Positions 59,125 through 64,000 of a stretch of 64,000 nucleotides of DNA are shown here, in pieces. Each line of letters starts with the position of its first letter. The first letter of the stretch is position 1. The stretch lies in IMG/VR virus record IMGVR_UViG_3300032007_000001; one strand, written 5' to 3'. This stretch comes from a virus. Its lineage: Duplodnaviria; Caudoviricetes. The position numbers and the translations under genes were made by a program. A model generated the notes under the pieces. That model saw nothing but the letters and a program-made list of their open reading frames with translations. It searched no databases and had not been told where the DNA came from.

Positions 59125-60154
59125 TATTATTTTCCTTTTCTAAATCAATTTTTTCAAAATTAATATTATATAAACTAATTCCATCTGTTGCTACTATAAA
59201 TTTTTCATTGATTTGATTTTGATAATCTGATGGCGTAATATTATGAAAAGAAAACCCTTTTCCATAATTATCAAATTCATCCTTGAATACTTTTCTTAAA
59301 ACTTGCTTAAATTGTGGTTTGTATTTTTTATTATCCCATGATTCTCTTTTATGAAGAATATAATCTAAATTATTTAATGACCAATCTGTAAAATTTTGTG
59401 TTGTAAAAAATGGTTTATGTACTTTTGGTGGTAATTGATGATACATAAATATGCTGGATGTTTCCCAATCTGTCCATCTTACAGCAAAATTAAAAAACCA
59501 AGAAAGTTGTTGTAATGTTTTAATTTGGTCGCCAAAATTAAAATGTGATAACCATTCTTTCAATTTTTCATTTGTTGCCAATGTAAAAAAATTTTCATAT
59601 TGTTCGTCTAAATCGTTGAAGTTCTTTTCAGATGACATTACGCCATGGTCTATTTGGTCTCCACAATGACCATTTACTATGACATAATTTTCATTTTTCG
59701 TTGTATTAGCAAGAATGGCATCCGAAAAACCAGTTACATCTTCATCGAAAAATAATGTTTTTATATTATTTTTTTCAATCCATGGTAAAAGGATTTCTTT
59801 GTTTTCTAGAAATTTTTTGTCAGTAGCAATAATACATTTATCTATATTCCCAGTTAAATAAAAAGATGCGGCTATTGTTGATGAATCAATACCACCAGAA
59901 ACACATATGAAAATTTTATCATATTTTTTTGAAATTTCATTTGCTCTATCTATACAAATTTCTTCAAAAGATTTTTTACATTTTGCATTTAAGTTATATT
60001 TATAATCAATGATATCTTTATACAATATTAAATCTAATTTATTAAATCTATCATATGTGTCAACTTGACATTCAAACATATTAAGAGGTCTTTTAAATGA
60101 CATCCCTCTTAATTTATATAAACAAAAATTTCTAAAACCAGTAAGTTTATTCAT
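59117..60154 (-). CDS. PP-loop ATP pyrophosphatase, asparagine-synthetase C-domain-like
   Basis: SGGIDSS, V.G..GDQI, PFF....F, K..YK. Confidence 0.65.
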   Translation of the reverse strand: MNKLTGFRNFCLYKLRGMSFKRPLNMFECQVDTYDRFNKLDLILYKDIIDYKYNLNAKCKKSFEEICIDRANEISKKYDKIFICVSGGIDSSTIAASFYLTGNIDKCIIATDKKFLENKEILLPWIEKNNIKTLFFDEDVTGFSDAILANTTKNENYVIVNGHCGDQIDHGVMSSEKNFNDLDEQYENFFTLATNEKLKEWLSHFNFGDQIKTLQQLSWFFNFAVRWTDWETSSIFMYHQLPPKVHKPFFTTQNFTDWSLNNLDYILHKRESWDNKKYKPQFKQVLRKVFKDEFDNYGKGFSFHNITPSDYQNQINEKFIVATDGISLYNINFEKIDLEKENNNE

Positions 60155-60294
60155 TGCTGTTTTTCCTTTCTTTTTGAATTATAAAACATAATATCAAAAA
60201 ACATAAAAAATTAAAAATGATTCATTAAAATATTAAAATTTACAATAATTAAATTTCATTTCTATATTTATTCTTTTTTATTTTAAGTAATTTT

Positions 60295-60665
60295 TTAATT
60301 TTCTTTTCTCACAATAACAGATACTTGAATAATTCCTTTATATGCTATGGTCGTTTCTTCATTATTATCAATAATATTATTATCTTTTTCAAATTTGTTT
60401 TTATCTAATTTTGATGTATTTATAAATAATACAAATATACCAGAATCATATATATCATCGGTTACACTATCAGCAACTTCACAGAAATCTATAGCTCTAT
60501 CTTATCTGTTTCTAAATAAACACAATTATTATTTGCCATACTTTCCTAATTAGAATGTTTTCCTGGGATGATTCCTTCTGACATAATTGAATCAATATAT
60601 GCATTATATGTTGCATGATATAAAATTTTTGGTATTTCAACATTTGATTTTTTTAATCTTTTCAT
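60295..60665 (-). pseudogene. Disrupted ART-fold (Tpt1/KptA-like) gene
   Basis: MKRLKKSNVEIPKILYHAT...SIMSEGIIPG; in-frame TAG at 60548-60546 and a 1-nt frameshift near 60502; continues ...AYKGII..* to TAA 60295. Confidence 0.7.
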
Positions 60666-60736
60666 TTTTTCTCTCTATAAATCATTAAATCTTAAATAAA
60701 ATAAAAAAAGAATATATATATTTTATTATCAGGACG

Positions 60737-60937
60737 GTGATTCATTTGGGAAATTTTGATAATAATTCATTTCATAACGAAATTAAAAAAATGAAAGAAC
60801 AAAACTCTCTTATAAGAGAAGATATAAACGATTTGATATTAATGAGTAAAGAAGAAGCATTGGAATTGCTTGAAAATATAAAAACAAATCTAAAAACAAT
60901 TCATCAAAATATTAAAAGCATGAAACAGGAGGATTGA
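60737..60937 (+). CDS. Small hypothetical protein
   Basis: ORF leading the operon with rSAM 6. Confidence 0.5.
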   Translation: MIHLGNFDNNSFHNEIKKMKEQNSLIREDINDLILMSKEEALELLENIKTNLKTIHQNIKSMKQED

Positions 60938-60940
60938 AAG

Positions 60941-61141
60941 ATGAATTTAGAAGACGATAAAAATTATAATTTAGTACTTACATATAATCGTTTTTTTTCT
61001 AATCAATGCGATTTAGCATTATCATACAATTCTCCTGATGATGATAAAAATATAAACGATTTGTTAACAAAAATGGAACATTTATGTGGATATTGTATGG
61101 ATGAAATTGACAATTTGATAAAAATAGTAAAGAATGATTAA
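60941..61141 (+). CDS. Small hypothetical protein
   Basis: RBS AGGAGG. Confidence 0.55.
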   Translation: MNLEDDKNYNLVLTYNRFFSNQCDLALSYNSPDDDKNINDLLTKMEHLCGYCMDEIDNLIKIVKND

Positions 61142-61156
61142 AGAAAGGAAATATAG

Positions 61157-62182
61157 ATGAAGAAAATAAATCCAATACAATCAATATTTATAATGCTTGG
61201 AAATGAATGCAATTTAAGTTGCAAGTATTGTATTCAGCATGTTATGGTCAATGAAGTAACACCGCATGGAATCAATAAAGATATTATTAAGTTTATAAAA
61301 AATCTTTCTGATAGACAAATATTGCCATTCCAAATTTTTTTCTACGGTGGCGAACCGTTGCTTTGGTTTGAAGATATTAAAAAATATACAAAAGAATTTT
61401 ATGGATATGCTAATTTTGCAATCATTACAAATGGAAAAGCTTTGGACGAAGAAAAAGTAGAATTTATAAATGAATATAATATTGGCGTTGGTGTTAGTTA
61501 TGATGGAAGAAATTCCAATTTTACAAGAGGATACGACGTCTTAAAAGATAAATACGATATCTTATTGAATATTGTTAATTTATCTTTTTCTGGTGTTATA
61601 TCTTGTTACAATTATCCTCAAGATTGGTTGGAAGATTTGAAGTGTTTTTCAGATGATTTCTTAAAAAAATATAATCGTTACGTTGGTACTAATTTAGATT
61701 TATTAATGAATAACAATAAATTGGAAAACACAGACAATTTCGATATGTCAAAAATTAGAAAGCAAATGGAAAATTTGTGTAATGATTATTATAAAAGGAG
61801 CATATCGGAAACTAAAAAAACATTCAATGATACTTTTATAGATAGTTTATTAAATATGAGCAATAACTATCCAGATTTAGACCATTACGGAAAATGTATG
61901 AATGGTATAAATGTATTAAATATTGACGCAAATGGTGAAATGTATTTATGCCATAATTCTAGAATCAAACTTGGAAATTTAGAAACTCCAAGAAAAGAAA
62001 TGACAAAAAAATGTTTAGATATGTATACTCCAAAATTACATTGCAAAGAATGCAATGTATTAAGTTATTGTTGCGGTGGATGTATGCTAAGCACACAAGA
62101 AGACTTAGATAATTATTACTGTGAATTAGCTAGGAATATGTACGAACCCGTAAAAGAATTATATGAAAAACTAAACAACTGA
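61157..62182 (+). CDS. Radical SAM/SPASM enzyme 6 (peptide-maturase-like)
   Basis: CNLSCKYC, FYGGEPL, ITNG, SYDG, C..G.....D.NG....C, C..C.....C.GGC.........C. Confidence 0.88.
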   Translation: MKKINPIQSIFIMLGNECNLSCKYCIQHVMVNEVTPHGINKDIIKFIKNLSDRQILPFQIFFYGGEPLLWFEDIKKYTKEFYGYANFAIITNGKALDEEKVEFINEYNIGVGVSYDGRNSNFTRGYDVLKDKYDILLNIVNLSFSGVISCYNYPQDWLEDLKCFSDDFLKKYNRYVGTNLDLLMNNNKLENTDNFDMSKIRKQMENLCNDYYKRSISETKKTFNDTFIDSLLNMSNNYPDLDHYGKCMNGINVLNIDANGEMYLCHNSRIKLGNLETPRKEMTKKCLDMYTPKLHCKECNVLSYCCGGCMLSTQEDLDNYYCELARNMYEPVKELYEKLNN

Positions 62183-62192
62183 ATGGTGATAA

Positions 62193-62621
62193 AATGTAAC
62201 TGCACTTTCTACTGAAGTTACTAAAAAATTTGACTTAAATACAGATTTTTGTTATATTTATCCGAATAATGGGACAGAACAAAATCCAGCAAACGTTTCT
62301 ATAGGTACTCGGTATGTTGAAAGCAATCCATTTCCTGGTTATATTGTGAATTGCATAGCTGAGGTTTTGTTTAATAATCTTTGGTCTGAAGCAAAATATG
62401 CTAATTGGTTGTATAATTCTACTTATAAATCTTATGGTATTGTCGCTATACATCATAATAACGACAGTATTATTGTTCAAACTGGGGTTACACGTTTGTT
62501 GGAACACTCCGGTTTTACCGGTAATGCATATGGAGAAAATTTTCCATCAACTACAGATACTTCATCACTTCCATGTAGAATTAAAGTTTGGAAGATAGGA
62601 AAAATAAAAGAGACCGATTAG
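62193..62621 (+). pseudogene. Start-less tail-fibre tip cassette homologous to the C-terminus of 31248..32324
   Basis: DFCYIYPNNGTEQNP...RYVESNPFPGYIV.C...LPCRIKVWKIGK; RBS-ATG at 62194 is followed immediately by TAA. Confidence 0.75.
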
Positions 62622-62632
62622 GTCTCTTATTT

Positions 62633-62914
62633 TTATGCTTTTTTAATAAGATGTTTTGTTTTTTTAGCAGCTCTAAACGCCTTTTCGTAATTTTCATAAT
62701 CTCCACGCATGAGATATTTTTTTTCAGTATGATAATTAATTTCTGTTAAAACATCCTCTATTTTCTTAACGACTTCTTGGTTGCCATTTTCTTTTGCTTC
62801 TTGATATATATCATATAGTTCTTTTGATTCTTCTGGATAAAGTCCATAATCCAATTCTTTTGCTATTTCGTGAGCATCTCCAACACTATAAAATAATTCT
62901 TCTAAATTTGTCAT
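62633..62914 (-). CDS. Hypothetical protein (L..INYHTE motif; ends KHLIKKA)
   Basis: RBS GGAGGA. Confidence 0.65.
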   Translation of the reverse strand: MTNLEELFYSVGDAHEIAKELDYGLYPEESKELYDIYQEAKENGNQEVVKKIEDVLTEINYHTEKKYLMRGDYENYEKAFRAAKKTKHLIKKA

Positions 62915-62965
62915 ATTTGTTCCTCCAAATAATTTTTCTAATTAGAAAATACAACAAATTTAATG

Positions 62966-63289
62966 TTATAAACCATTTCGTTTGATAAGTTTTTTCTTAA
63001 AATGTCTTAAATAATCGTTTATGCAATTTCTTTCTTTCAAAATAAAATCAATTTTTCCAAAATGAAAATTTTTACATTTTTCATAATTGTGACATAAATA
63101 ATTTTCTATTTTGTTTGAATAAATAGGAACCATAAACGATAAAATTCCCTTACTGAAATTAGACTTAAAATAATTGTTTTTACTTAAGTTAATATAACTA
63201 GCATGAATTATAAAAAAATCGCCATATTTATATTCATCAACGTAAATTCTCAATGCCTTTGAAGCATTTATAAAACATTTGAGACTCAA
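62966..63289 (-). CDS. Hypothetical protein (ends NGL)
   Basis: TTG start after GAGGTG. Confidence 0.55.
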   Translation of the reverse strand: MSLKCFINASKALRIYVDEYKYGDFFIIHASYINLSKNNYFKSNFSKGILSFMVPIYSNKIENYLCHNYEKCKNFHFGKIDFILKERNCINDYLRHFKKKLIKRNGL

Positions 63290-63421
63290 AAAATTTCACC
63301 TCTCATATTTTTTCTAATATATATTAGAAATTTTTACAATTATGCTTTTTAAGCCAATTATATTAATTTTAGATATATTTTATTAAATTATAGATAGTAA
63401 ATTAAGAGATAGGTGAAGAAT

Positions 63422-64000
63422 ATGAGCGAAAGTACGCAAACTCTTCATATAAACGGAGAAACAATAAAATTATACGATAATGTCAATGATGTTGGCGCAA
63501 ATAAAACAACAGTTGGTTCTTTATTTGCAAAAATGGACACACCAGAAAACAATAATGTTAATAATAGCAAAACCGTTATTAACGGAAAAAAAATATTGGT
63601 TAGAAATTTTACAACGATTTCAACGCTTCCAAGCCAATCTGGAAGCTTAATTTATACTGGTTCGTCCAGAACACCATTATGGAACGATTATAATGCATCA
63701 AATCTATCAATTAGTGGAACAACATCTGCTGTTTCTGCCGGTTCTTATACTGCAACATTTACACCTAAATATGGTTATTCATGGAACGATTGGAGTACAG
63801 ATTCTAAATCAAATACATGGGCAATTGGAAAGGCTGGCGGGATATGTTCGCCAACTTCTACAAGTACAAGTGTAACGCATTCAAATTGCGAATGTAATCA
63901 ATGCCAACAATGTAAAGATTGCACGTATTATGAATGTAATATTGTGCAATGTAATTATTATCAATGTTCTTTTTACCAATGTACTGATTGTTCTTATTAT
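63422..64000 (+). CDS. Partial ORF (runs off window): tail-fibre-type beta repeat followed by Cys-rich periodic tail
   Basis: RBS AGGTGA, ATG 63422, open for 193 codons: ...PSQSGSLIYTGSSRTPLW...AGSYTATFTPK.GY.W.D...WAIGKA...HSNCECNQCQQCKDCTYYECNIVQCNYYQCSFYQCTDCSYY. Confidence 0.8.
   Translation, partial: MSESTQTLHINGETIKLYDNVNDVGANKTTVGSLFAKMDTPENNNVNNSKTVINGKKILVRNFTTISTLPSQSGSLIYTGSSRTPLWNDYNASNLSISGTTSAVSAGSYTATFTPKYGYSWNDWSTDSKSNTWAIGKAGGICSPTSTSTSVTHSNCECNQCQQCKDCTYYECNIVQCNYYQCSFYQCTDCSYY

Noticed and set aside
42248-60154. 7-deazaguanine DNA-modification cluster (QueE/QueC)
   Set aside because: The rSAMs carry SPASM/twitch-type C-termini, the PP-loop protein lacks the QueC C-terminal Cys cluster, and no FolE/QueD/DpdA is recognised.
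60546-60548. TAG stop-codon reassignment
   Set aside because: The same gene also has a frameshift, long genes have no in-frame TAG, and TAG terminates genes at 887 and 25782.

Overview
A 64-kb, very AT-rich, gene-dense segment of a large (probably jumbo) tailed dsDNA phage using the standard genetic code. The host is probably an anaerobic Firmicute/Negativicute; this is an inference from the tail-fibre motifs, sigma-A-type promoters, NrdG and host-like genes. The window holds the capsid locus (decoration-like protein plus HK97-type major capsid protein, preceded by a structured GC-richer leader), a scaffold-like protein, many modular tail-fibre/appendage genes and two broken remnants, and a dual-domain endolysin. 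It also holds nucleotide and nucleic-acid enzymes (DinG-like helicase, dUTPase, NrdG, nicotinamidase, PurA-like, Rnl1-like RNA ligase) and host-like accessory genes (Hfq, ACP, FliD-like, solute symporter). The standout is an ~11-kb operon (41.4-52.2 kb) between two tail-fibre paralogues with an identical 33-aa N-terminus. It encodes five radical-SAM enzymes, a U32-family Fe-S protein, a PLP enzyme and a 193-aa protein ending in (C-H-x-x)5. A second locus (55.6-64 kb) has another U32 protein, a PP-loop enzyme, a symporter, a sixth non-NrdG radical SAM and an unannotated tail-fibre-like ORF ending in a periodic Cys-rich tail. Together these suggest a phage-encoded, RiPP-like radical-SAM system that modifies Cys-rich tails of virion proteins (hypothesis). 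All functional calls come from motif recognition by eye; no database search was run.
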